A stretch of 64,000 nucleotides of DNA, taken from Candidatus Latescibacterota bacterium (GTDB lineage: Bacteria; Latescibacterota; UBA2968; UBA8231). Location of the stretch: the NCBI GenBank assembly GCA_965242865.1, contig CBDETK010000013.1:928001-992000 (forward strand). Direction: 5' to 3'. A program made the position numbers and the translations under genes. How positions within the stretch are numbered: the stretch's first letter is position 1; the number at the start of each line of letters is the position of its first letter. Below the pieces are notes generated by a model that had not been told where the DNA came from, searched no databases, and was given only the letters and a program-made list of their open reading frames with translations. This document shows positions 18,967 through 27,942 of this stretch, in pieces.

Positions 18967-18985
18967 AATTACAATTATGGGAACT
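18958..18985 (-). other. dif-like site 3, overlapping the rqcH stop and miaA start
   Basis: AGTTCCCATAA-TTGTAA-TTATGTCAAGC; 11-6-11 dif layout, same orientation as sites 1 and 2. Confidence 0.7.
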
Positions 18986-20654
18986 ATTCAACCGCTTCCT
19001 CTTTTTTTAACAAAGCCGGCTCCACGACGATCGTTTTCTCGCGGCGCAACAGGGCCTGCCCGGGCGCGCCGCCTCGCGGCTTAGTGACGTGTTTGACCAA
19101 GGTGTACGCCACCGAGACCTTTTTCGCTGTTTTGCCCTTGCTCCAATACGCGGCTAAGGCCGCCGCCTCGGCAATCGTCTGCTTGCTGGGGGCTTCCTTG
19201 CGGCCTTCGCTCCGCAGGACGACGTGCGATCCCGAATACCCTCGGGCGTGAAACCAGCGATCGTTTTGGGCGGCCATTTTGTGCGTTAGCACGTCGTTTT
19301 CCTTGTTGTTGCGCCCGGCCCACACCGACCACCCGGTGGAGGTCCTATAACGCCGGGGATGGGCTTGGGGCTGCCTGCGCGCCGGTTTGTCGCGGTGGGT
19401 CACCTTGCTCTCCAACCAGTTTTGCAGCGCGCCATTGGCTTCCCAAGTACCGGCATCCACCGCACGCACCCAATGCTCGTATTGGGTGCATTGCCGCCCG
19501 AGCGCGGCTAGGTGCTGCGGCAGGACTCGTTGGCGGCGCTCGTATTTTTGCGCGGTCTTTAGATAGAACGCGGCGTTTTCCACCCAGTTGCGGTTTACGT
19601 CCAAATCAATTCGCAGCGTCGAGTGCCCCTCCGCATCGAAGAAGTCCGCGAGCTCGACCTGCGCGGGCCGCCCGGATAGCTGCCCTAGGTTGGCCCACAG
19701 CGCGTGGCCTTTTCGCTTGTATTCCTCGGCGCGGGCCGCCTCATCGAGCTCGACCTGCATGGCGGCCAACCGGCGCCGGGCGTTTTTCAAGGCTTGGTTC
19801 AGCCGCCGGCGGAGCTGTTGCTGGGTCTGCTGCGCCCGGCCGCGCGCCCGCTCCTTTTGGTACGCCGCCCAGATCCCGGTGCTGACCGCGTCAAACGGCT
19901 CGTACGCCCCTTGCAACCGGCGCGGCTCAAGGGCGGAACAGTGAAACCGGCCCCCCTCTTCCCACACGTAGCTGCGGCCCGATGGCGCGCTGGTGTACGC
20001 CGCTGTGGCCGCGGCCCATAGAGCGGCCGGTTCGCCGGTCCCAGCCGGCTCGCGGCGGAAGATCAGCTCGCGCACCACCGTGCGGTCCGCGCCGGCCAAC
20101 CAGCGGCTCGCGGCCTTTTCTAAGGGAACATCCGCGCTCGCCAGCCGGTCGCACCACGTGCTAAGCGCGTCCGCGCCGGGCAGCAGGCGGCCCGACGGCT
20201 CGGGCGGCTGGTACGGCGTCCCCACGAGCGGCTTGCCCTTGGCCGGGCCCCAGTAGCCCAAAATCGCGCCATTGGCTTGGCGATGGAGGACAAAGCGCAC
20301 CTTGTTGGGAATGAGTTCACATACCAAGACGCCATAGCTGGCCCGGCCAGCGCGGTCCCGGCGCTCTAGGCGCAAGCGCAAGACGCGCTCGCGGCCCTCG
20401 GCTTCGACGGCCGCAATCCGCGCACGCACCAAGTACTTTTCCGGGCCATCGCCCGCCCGCCAAGGCCGCGGCCACGCCTCCCGCCGCAGGCAGAGCAAGC
20501 CCTCCCTGCCACCCGCGCCGTACAGCCACTCGCCCGCGTCCACCGCCAAGGCGAGCTCGGTCGGCTGGGCATAGGCCCGCTCGATGAGTGCCCCTTGCAG
20601 GCGCGCCCGCAACTCCTGCGCGAGGGCCTGAATGGTGAAGTAATCAAACGCCAT
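18984..20654 (-). CDS. rqcH: NFACT family protein RqcH/Rqc2 (FbpA-like)
   Basis: MAFD N-terminus, coiled coil, GRNNKEND.L, WFHA....GSHVV, AAYWSK. Confidence 0.85.
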   Translation of the reverse strand: MAFDYFTIQALAQELRARLQGALIERAYAQPTELALAVDAGEWLYGAGGREGLLCLRREAWPRPWRAGDGPEKYLVRARIAAVEAEGRERVLRLRLERRDRAGRASYGVLVCELIPNKVRFVLHRQANGAILGYWGPAKGKPLVGTPYQPPEPSGRLLPGADALSTWCDRLASADVPLEKAASRWLAGADRTVVRELIFRREPAGTGEPAALWAAATAAYTSAPSGRSYVWEEGGRFHCSALEPRRLQGAYEPFDAVSTGIWAAYQKERARGRAQQTQQQLRRRLNQALKNARRRLAAMQVELDEAARAEEYKRKGHALWANLGQLSGRPAQVELADFFDAEGHSTLRIDLDVNRNWVENAAFYLKTAQKYERRQRVLPQHLAALGRQCTQYEHWVRAVDAGTWEANGALQNWLESKVTHRDKPARRQPQAHPRRYRTSTGWSVWAGRNNKENDVLTHKMAAQNDRWFHARGYSGSHVVLRSEGRKEAPSKQTIAEAAALAAYWSKGKTAKKVSVAYTLVKHVTKPRGGAPGQALLRREKTIVVEPALLKKEEAVE

Positions 20655-23414
20655 CTAGGCTTCGACGCGCTCAAGGCTGGCGGTTAGCTTTTCCCGAGTG
20701 GCGCGGTATTCGGCTTGGCGTTGGCGCTCTTGCGCGACGATTTTGGGCGGCGCTTTGGCGAGGAAGCGTTCATTAGCCAGTTTGGCGTCTAGGCCTTTGA
20801 GCAAGCTGTCCATCTTTTGGATTTCTCGTTTGAGCCGCTGCCGCTCGGCCCCTAGGTCGATCAACCCCGCTAAGGGCACGAAAATCTCGGCCGCGGCCGT
20901 CATCGCGCTCCCGGCCGCCGGCGGCCGGACCAGCCCCTGCCCGACTTGCACGGAGGCGGCCCGGCTCAACAGCGCGATGTAAGGGACGGCTCGGCGCAGG
21001 GTCTGCTCCACCTCGTCCGAGGCGGCCGAAATCAAGACCTCGACTTGACGACCGGGCGGGACATTCCGCTCGCCGCGAATGATCCGCACGCCGGTCACCA
21101 CCTCTTGCAGGCACTGCATGCGCGCTTCGGCCTCTGGGTCTATTAGCTCGTCATCGCAGGTCGGCCAAGCCGCGACCATGATGCTGTTGGCCGACGCGCC
21201 GTGCGGCAGCGCCTGCCACAAGGTCTCGGTGATAAAGGGCATAATGGGGTGCAACAGCCGCAGAGCGGTTTCGAGCACCTGCACGAGGTGCGCTTGGGCG
21301 GTGCGCCGTGCTTGGCGATCTCCTTCCTGCAAGCGCGCTTTGGCCAATTCGAGATACCAATCGCAATAGTCGCGCCAGACAAAGTCGTAAATGGCTCGCG
21401 TCAGGTCGCTGAAGCGGTGGGATTGCAGGGCCGCGGTCATCTCGCGCACGGTTCCCTGCAACCGACTCCAGATCCAGCGGTCAACCCATTCGCTCCGCTC
21501 GCCCGGGCCTCGCTCGTATCCGTCGATGTTCATCAGCACGAAGCGGGTCGCATTCCACAGCTTGTTGCCAAAGTTGCGGCCGGCCTCCGCGCTGGCCGAA
21601 GCCTGTACTTGGTTGTCGGCCACCACGGCATCAAAGCGCACATCTTGGACAGCCCCGGCCTGCGCCAACAGACAGTACCGGGTCGCATCCGCGCCGTAGC
21701 GCGCCACCAAGTCAAGCGGATTGAGGCCCGTGCCCAAGCTCTTGCTCATGCGGCGGCCGTCGCGCGTCAGGATAGTCGGGTGAACCAGCACGGTCTTAAA
21801 GGGAATTTGCTCTACGCACTCTAGCGAGGTCATGGCCATCCGCAACACCCACAAATAGAGAATGTCGCGGGCCGTGATGAGCAAATCCGTGGGATAAAAG
21901 TACGTTAGCGCGTCGCTGCGCTGGGGCCAGCCGAGCGTGGCAAAGGGCCACAGGGCGGAAGAAAACCACGTGTCGAGCACGTCTGGGTCCTGTACCCAAG
22001 CCCGGCCCCCGCAGTCGGCGCAGGCGGCCGGCTCGGTCGCGCTGACCACCGGCTTGGCCCCGGCCGCCACCGAGACCCTAAAGTTGCCCTCGCGCAGGGC
22101 TTCCTCCCGGTTCAAGTCGAACATGGGGATCAGCGCGTCCCCGCTGCACTGGGTGCAATACCAAGCGGGAATGCGATGCCCCCACCAGATCTGCCGCGAC
22201 AAGGGCCAGTCGCGTATTTGGTCCAACCACTCAATGGCATAGTGGCGGAAGCGGTCGGGCGCGTATTGGATGTCCCCCTGCACGAGCGCGGGCCGCGCCT
22301 TGGCCGCCAACTCCTTCATGTTCATAAACCACTGCTCCATCGGCAGGGGTTCGACGACCGTGCCGCACTTGTCGTGGTGCGGCACCGCGTGTTCGTGCTC
22401 TTCTATTTTTGCCAGCAGCCCCTCGGCTTCCAGCGCAGCCACGACCGCTTTGCGGGCCGCGTGGCGATCCAACCCGGTAAAACGACCCGCCGCCTCGGTC
22501 ATGACCCCGTCAAAGCCGATGACTTGGATTTGCGCCAGCTCGTGCCGCCGGCCCAGCGCGTAGTCGTTGGGATCGTGGGCCGGCGTGACCTTGACGGCGC
22601 CGCTGCCCAACTCGGGATCGGCGTATTCGTCGGCGACGATGGGAATGGCTCGATCCGTCAGCGGCAACTCGACTTGCTGGCCAATGGCCTCGCGCCAGCG
22701 GTCGTCGGTCGGGTGGACGGCCACGGCCGTGTCCCCGAGCATGGTCTCCGGCCGCGTAGTCGCGACCACGACTTGCAGCCCGCCCGCTCGGGCCGGGTAG
22801 CGAATGTGCCACAAGTGGCCGGCCACCTCGCGCTCTTCGGTCTCTAGGTCGGAAATGACCGTGCGGCACTGCGGGCACCAGTTGATCATGCGGGTGCCGC
22901 GGTAAATCCACCCTTGCGTGGCAAAATGGGTGAAGGCCTGCAAGACAGCCTCGACGTAGTCCTCGTCGAGCGTGAACCGCTCCCGACGCCAATCGTAGCT
23001 GGCGCCGAGTTGGCGCAGTTGGCGGTAGATGGCGTCGCCGTATTTTTCCTTCCACTGCCAAATCCGGTCGATCATGGCGGCCCGCCCCAAGTCGTAGCGA
23101 GTCTTGCCTTCGACCTGCAACAGCTCTTGCTCGACCTTCAGATGGGTGGCAATGCCCGCGTGGTCCGTGCCCGGCAGGCAGAGCGTCTCAAAGCCCTGCA
23201 TCCGCTTCCACCGGACGACTAAGTCGTGGATGGCGTGTTGAATCGCGTGGCCCATGTGCAACTCGCCGGTGACGTTGGGCGGGGGAATGGCGATGCAGTA
23301 CGGGGGCTTGTCCGGGTTGATCTCCGCATTAAAGAGGCCATTTTCCTCCCAGAAATCGCCCCATTTTTTTTCTATGGCCCCAGGATCATACGTCTTGGCC
23401 AATTCTTCGGTCAT
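20655..23414 (-). CDS. valS: Valine--tRNA ligase
   Basis: PPPNVTGELHMGHA, DVLDTWFSS, RMSKSLG, C-terminal coiled coil. Confidence 0.98.
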   Translation of the reverse strand: MTEELAKTYDPGAIEKKWGDFWEENGLFNAEINPDKPPYCIAIPPPNVTGELHMGHAIQHAIHDLVVRWKRMQGFETLCLPGTDHAGIATHLKVEQELLQVEGKTRYDLGRAAMIDRIWQWKEKYGDAIYRQLRQLGASYDWRRERFTLDEDYVEAVLQAFTHFATQGWIYRGTRMINWCPQCRTVISDLETEEREVAGHLWHIRYPARAGGLQVVVATTRPETMLGDTAVAVHPTDDRWREAIGQQVELPLTDRAIPIVADEYADPELGSGAVKVTPAHDPNDYALGRRHELAQIQVIGFDGVMTEAAGRFTGLDRHAARKAVVAALEAEGLLAKIEEHEHAVPHHDKCGTVVEPLPMEQWFMNMKELAAKARPALVQGDIQYAPDRFRHYAIEWLDQIRDWPLSRQIWWGHRIPAWYCTQCSGDALIPMFDLNREEALREGNFRVSVAAGAKPVVSATEPAACADCGGRAWVQDPDVLDTWFSSALWPFATLGWPQRSDALTYFYPTDLLITARDILYLWVLRMAMTSLECVEQIPFKTVLVHPTILTRDGRRMSKSLGTGLNPLDLVARYGADATRYCLLAQAGAVQDVRFDAVVADNQVQASASAEAGRNFGNKLWNATRFVLMNIDGYERGPGERSEWVDRWIWSRLQGTVREMTAALQSHRFSDLTRAIYDFVWRDYCDWYLELAKARLQEGDRQARRTAQAHLVQVLETALRLLHPIMPFITETLWQALPHGASANSIMVAAWPTCDDELIDPEAEARMQCLQEVVTGVRIIRGERNVPPGRQVEVLISAASDEVEQTLRRAVPYIALLSRAASVQVGQGLVRPPAAGSAMTAAAEIFVPLAGLIDLGAERQRLKREIQKMDSLLKGLDAKLANERFLAKAPPKIVAQERQRQAEYRATREKLTASLERVEA

Positions 23415-23565
23415 GCCGCGTCCTTATCCTTGTGTTTAATGAAGGTTAAATGAAAATACGCACTTATACGCACTTTCGTAGATTAAGGATCGAGGGCTAG
23501 ACGCACTAGCCCACGCTTTTTTAGAGGGGTTGCGTTTGAAAATTAGCGAGTGAGATAAGGCTAAA

Positions 23566-23703
23566 TCAGGATGGCCAAAATCTCAAAATAGCTACGGCAA
23601 TAGTTACGGCGGTACCAGCGGCAAGAATCATTCCAGCAATAACGCCAGAGAGACACCAAATTTTTATATCCTTCAAATCCGATTTGGTTGCGACGTACTT
23701 CAT
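23566..23703 (-). CDS. 45-aa membrane peptide (ATKSDL...IKIW plus TM helix)
   Basis: ATG behind GGAG, 1 nt after the stop of the upstream ORF; hydrophobic C-terminus. Confidence 0.45.
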   Translation of the reverse strand: MKYVATKSDLKDIKIWCLSGVIAGMILAAGTAVTIAVAILRFWPS

Positions 23704-23704
23704 G

Positions 23705-23842
23705 TCAGTCTCCAATGTCGTCTTGGACGAAGAAGATATTTTCCGAAAACTCGAATGACTTAGGCTCAGGATAGAAGTTTTCAACCCTTTCCCGCAGCTT
23801 GGGACTAGCGTTGTCGTCTAAGGTAATAACGAAAATAGACAT
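23705..23842 (-). CDS. 45-aa hypothetical protein MSIFVITLDDNASPKLRERVENFYPEPKSFEFSENIFFVQDDIGD (not in ORF track)
   Basis: AGGAGG 8 nt upstream of ATG; promoter-like TTGTCA-N16-TATATT at 24015-23988. Confidence 0.5.
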   Translation of the reverse strand: MSIFVITLDDNASPKLRERVENFYPEPKSFEFSENIFFVQDDIGD

Positions 23843-24083
23843 AGGGAGAACCTCCTGTGTTTGAGTACGCATTTTCTGGCGTTCCCGCTACATCCGGGAT
23901 CGAGGGCGTCTCGCCCTCGACAAGGGCAAGATGTCCTCGACCCTTGGAAGGTGGGGTTGGTGTCGTGTACTTAGCTGACACACTAAAAATATAACCCTTT
24001 CCCCGGCCCTGACAATTTTGCTCGCCGCGCCCTGCTCGCTATTTTGTATCCCCTTTACTTCACCTGTACTAGGCGATTCAATC

Positions 24084-25010
24084 ATGGGCAATTGGTCCGC
24101 TCTACAAACCGAACAGCGCAATCCGGCCACTGAGCGCATCGACGAGGTCTCGACGCTGGAGATGCTGGCGCTCATCAATCGAGAAGACGCCCTCGTGCCG
24201 GCCACGGTCGCCACGCAATTGACGCCCATTGCCGACGCGGTTGACTTGGTGGCCAGCCAACTCGGAAACGGAGGTCGCCTGTTCTACCTCGGCGCGGGGA
24301 CCAGCGGGCGGCTCGGCGTGCTAGACGCCGCTGAATGCCCCCCCACCTTTGGCACCCCCCCCCAGTGGGTGCAGGGCCTGATCGCCGGCGGGCCAACGGC
24401 CTTGGGCCAAGCCGTAGAAGGCGCGGAGGACGACTGGGAGGCCGCGCCCCGTGCATTATCGCAGCGGGGCTTGGCGCCGGCCGACGTGGTCATGGGCATT
24501 GCCGCTAGCGGCGTAACCCCTTTTGTTATCAGCGGCCTACAACACGCCATCCAGCGGCCGTGCCCGACGATCTTTTTTACGTGTAATCCCACAGCCGCCG
24601 AAGCCGTGGCCGCCTCGATCAAGATCGTCCCCGAGGTCGGCCCGGAAGTCATCACCGGATCAACGCGGATGAAGGCCGGGACCGCGACTAAGCTGGTCCT
24701 CAACATGATCAGCACCGGCGTCATGGTGAAATTGGGCAAGACTTATGGCAACCTCATGGTCGATCTCCAACCCACCAATGCCAAGTTGCGCGACCGCGCC
24801 GAGCGCATCTTGGCGACCCTGACCGAGGCCTCGCCGCAAGCGGCCGCGGCCCGGCTGCACGCGGCCCAAGGCAGCCTGAAGCTGGCACTGGTCATGGAGT
24901 GGTGCCACCTAGAGTACCCCCAAGCCCAACGCCTCCTCGACGCCTGCGGCGGAAGCGTCAAGGCCGCCACCCTCGCCACTGGAGCAGCCCCTTGCAAAAC
25001 GCAACCCTAG
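24084..25010 (+). CDS. murQ: N-acetylmuramic acid 6-phosphate etherase
   Basis: TEQRNP, GAGTSGRLGVLDAAECPPTF, GSTRMKAGTATKLVLNM. Confidence 0.95.
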   Translation: MGNWSALQTEQRNPATERIDEVSTLEMLALINREDALVPATVATQLTPIADAVDLVASQLGNGGRLFYLGAGTSGRLGVLDAAECPPTFGTPPQWVQGLIAGGPTALGQAVEGAEDDWEAAPRALSQRGLAPADVVMGIAASGVTPFVISGLQHAIQRPCPTIFFTCNPTAAEAVAASIKIVPEVGPEVITGSTRMKAGTATKLVLNMISTGVMVKLGKTYGNLMVDLQPTNAKLRDRAERILATLTEASPQAAAARLHAAQGSLKLALVMEWCHLEYPQAQRLLDACGGSVKAATLATGAAPCKTQP

Positions 25011-26110
25011 GCCACCTCATACCCACCCCCGGCCAAGCCGTGGGCGATTTAGAGACCCCGGTGCTGCTGCTCGATCTCGAGCGCTTTGAAGCCAATGTGC
25101 GGCACTTGGCCGCGTATTGCCGCGACCACGGTAAGGCGTGGCGGCCCCACAGCAAGGCGCACAAATCGCCGGCCATCGCCCACATCGAACTGGCCAACGG
25201 GGCCTGTGGCATCACCTGCGCCAAACTGAGCGAAGCCGAGTGGATGGTCGCGCATGGCGTCCCTTCCATCTTGCTGGCCAACCAGATCGTCACCCCGGGG
25301 AAATTCGCCGCCCTAGCTCGCCTGCAGCACCAAGCCCAAGTCATTGCCGCCGTGGACAATATCGCGGTCGTCGAACCTATGGCCGTGGCGGCCGAGGCCG
25401 AGGGGGCCTGCATCCCGGTGGTCGTGGAGATCGACATTGGCATGAAGCGGGTCGGCGCGGTGCCGGGGGCTCCGGTCCTCGCTTTGTCCCGGGCCATCAG
25501 CGACCAACCTCGGCTGGCGTTCAAGGGGCTGATGGGCTACGAGGGGCACGCGCTCGACTGCTGGCCGCACTCGGCCAAGCAAAGGGCCTGTTACCAAGCA
25601 CTCGATCTATTAGTAGAGGCGCGCAATGGGCTCGAAGACAACGGGATCCCAGTGGAGATCGTCAGCGCGGGCGGCACGGGTTCATACGAGATCAGCGCCC
25701 TCCACGACGGAATCACCGAAATTCAAGCCGGCGGCGGCGTGTTCATGGACGCCATGTATCGCCGGACCTGTCACGTCGAACCCCTCGCCCCGGCCCTCAC
25801 GGTGCTCACCACGGTTACGAGCCGCGCGGCCGACCGGGTCGTCGTCGATGCCGGCTTTAAGACCCTGTCCTCCGACCACCAGCCGCCGGAGGTGCTCGGG
25901 CGCGACGATCTGCATTTGCGCTACTTGTCTGCTGAACACGGAGTGTTCGACATCGCCCAAGGCCGAGCCGGGCCGGCCTTGGGCGAGCGCCTTGAACTGC
26001 TCGTCGGCTATTCGGATTCGACGACTTTCCTCCACAATTACTTCGTCGCCGTCCGCCAGGGGCGCGTGGAGAAAATATGGGACATCTCGGCGCGGGGCCT
26101 TTTGCTCTGA
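24992..26110 (+). CDS. DSD1 / D-threonine aldolase-like PLP enzyme (fold III)
   Basis: LETP.L..D, RPHSKAHK, GLMGYEGH, SAGGTG, SAEHG. Confidence 0.88.
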   Translation: MQNATLGHLIPTPGQAVGDLETPVLLLDLERFEANVRHLAAYCRDHGKAWRPHSKAHKSPAIAHIELANGACGITCAKLSEAEWMVAHGVPSILLANQIVTPGKFAALARLQHQAQVIAAVDNIAVVEPMAVAAEAEGACIPVVVEIDIGMKRVGAVPGAPVLALSRAISDQPRLAFKGLMGYEGHALDCWPHSAKQRACYQALDLLVEARNGLEDNGIPVEIVSAGGTGSYEISALHDGITEIQAGGGVFMDAMYRRTCHVEPLAPALTVLTTVTSRAADRVVVDAGFKTLSSDHQPPEVLGRDDLHLRYLSAEHGVFDIAQGRAGPALGERLELLVGYSDSTTFLHNYFVAVRQGRVEKIWDISARGLLL

Positions 26111-26145
26111 CGCCGATTCACCGCAACGGACAACGGAGAACGCAG

Positions 26146-26430
26146 ATGACTAAAGCCGAGATCGCCCAGCAGCTAGCCCACAGTACTGGGCTTTGCCAAG
26201 TGGATACCGCGGCCGTTATCGAAGGCTTCATCGAAGCCATAGCCCAAGCCCTAGCCGAGGGCGACCGCGTCGAACTGCGCGGCTTTGGCACCTTCAAGGT
26301 CGTGGACCGCGCCCCGCGCACCGGCCGCAACCCCAAAGCCGGCGCGACCATTGCAATCCCCAAGCGCAAGGCCCCGACCTTTAAGCCTTCCGACGCCGTC
26401 AAGAGCCGAATCGTCCAGCGCACCCCATGA
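26146..26430 (+). CDS. HU/IHF family DNA-binding protein
   Basis: MTKAE, VELRGFGTF, GRNPK, FKPS. Confidence 0.93.
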   Translation: MTKAEIAQQLAHSTGLCQVDTAAVIEGFIEAIAQALAEGDRVELRGFGTFKVVDRAPRTGRNPKAGATIAIPKRKAPTFKPSDAVKSRIVQRTP

Positions 26431-27536
26431 ACCTGCTGTTGATTTCGGTCGATAGCTTGCGCTTGGATTTTGCCCCGGGAGTTAGTGCAACCGTGCGCAC
26501 GCCCCGATTTTCCGACTTGACGCGCGATTTTCACCTCTGCCCGCACTGCTTTTCGGTTTCTTCGGCAACTCGCCCGGTCCACACCTCGCTTTTTACCGGG
26601 CTGTACCCGTTTGAACACGGCATCGAAGGCCAGCAGTCGCCCGCGATGCGGCAGGGCGTTGCCGATCTCTTCGACCTTTGCCAACACGCCGGCTATGCCG
26701 TCGGCGCGTTCTCAGAGGCTCCAGACATTTTCACCGGTCTGAGCTACGCCGACCGCATCGCCCCCTTGCCCGGCGACGAGCCGCTTGCCGGTTGGTTACA
26801 ACGCCGCGCACCGACCGTGGTCTTTGTTCACTACTGGAGCGTTCATCCCCCGTACGGCGCCGCAGACGGGCGGGCCTTTGGGGAGGTGGGCCGGTTGCTA
26901 GCGGCGGGGCGCATCGACTTGGTGCAGACGCGCTATCGCGCTGCCATTGAACAGCTCTTTGAGCGGCACATCGCCCGGTTGCTGGCGGCTTTGGACCGGA
27001 GCGCGTGGGCCGTTTTCATCATCAGCGATCACGGCCAGAGTTGGCGGGCCGACGAACCCTATCACGGCCAGACCCTGTGCAACGACGTGTTGCGGGTGCC
27101 TTTGTACTACCGCCTGCCCGGCGCGGACAACCCCGCCCCGGGACGCGGGTTAATTTCCCTCGTCGATCTGTTCCCTACCTTCCTGTCGCTCTTGGAGTTA
27201 GAGCATCCCTACCGCGGCTTTGCCCGCGACATTCGCTCCCCGCTCTCGCCCCAGTACTACCTCGCTGAAATCGACCCCGGCCCAACGGCCCCTCACTATG
27301 GTCGCCAGTGGTCGCTGTTTGACGCGGACGCCAAATTCAGCTACGACGAAGCGACTCAACGCGAGAGCTTGGTCTCCACCTTCAGCGAAACGCCGCGCTC
27401 GGCCTTGGGCCACCAGTACCACGCGGCTTATGCCGCGCTCAAGGCCGCGTCGAACTACGGGCACGCGGATTGGGGACCGGCCGTCGATCGCACGGTGTTG
27501 GAGCAGCGGCTGCGGCAGTTGGGCTATCTAGAGTGA
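26427..27536 (+). CDS. Sulfatase-like hydrolase (alkaline phosphatase superfamily)
   Basis: SVDSLR.D, TRPVHTSLFTGLYP..HG, H.PY, SDHG, RL..LGYLE end. Confidence 0.82.
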   Translation: MNLLLISVDSLRLDFAPGVSATVRTPRFSDLTRDFHLCPHCFSVSSATRPVHTSLFTGLYPFEHGIEGQQSPAMRQGVADLFDLCQHAGYAVGAFSEAPDIFTGLSYADRIAPLPGDEPLAGWLQRRAPTVVFVHYWSVHPPYGAADGRAFGEVGRLLAAGRIDLVQTRYRAAIEQLFERHIARLLAALDRSAWAVFIISDHGQSWRADEPYHGQTLCNDVLRVPLYYRLPGADNPAPGRGLISLVDLFPTFLSLLELEHPYRGFARDIRSPLSPQYYLAEIDPGPTAPHYGRQWSLFDADAKFSYDEATQRESLVSTFSETPRSALGHQYHAAYAALKAASNYGHADWGPAVDRTVLEQRLRQLGYLE

Positions 27537-27576
27537 GTCACGGTGGTGTATTCGTTTGAAATGAAAGGAGACAGGT

Positions 27577-27912
27577 ATGGATGTCAGAAATGAGGTCTGC
27601 TACAGGGTGCAGCAGTCGCGCCGGCAGGCGGGAATAACCCAAGAGAAGCTAGCAGAGCTTACGGGACTTAGCGTGGATGGGATCAGGAAAATCGAGGGCC
27701 GGCGAGCGACGCCGAGCCTAGAAACGCTCTATAAAATTGCAAAAGCGTTGCGGATACAGCTCGTGGATTTGATGCGATATGAAGAGGAAATGCAAACGGA
27801 AAAGGGCCGAGAGCTCCAAGAGTTTCGCATGTATTTATCGACGAAAAAGCTGGAGGAGATTAGGCTGGCTAAGCGGATAACAAAAGCAGTGATGGAAGAA
27901 CTGGACGAATAA
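27577..27912 (+). CDS. XRE-family HTH regulator
   Basis: GITQEKLAE..GLS...IE.....PSLETL..IA.AL; AAGGAG RBS. Confidence 0.88.
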   Translation: MDVRNEVCYRVQQSRRQAGITQEKLAELTGLSVDGIRKIEGRRATPSLETLYKIAKALRIQLVDLMRYEEEMQTEKGRELQEFRMYLSTKKLEEIRLAKRITKAVMEELDE

Positions 27913-27942
27913 CGAGCAGTCCGAAACGAGCCCGTATAGACT

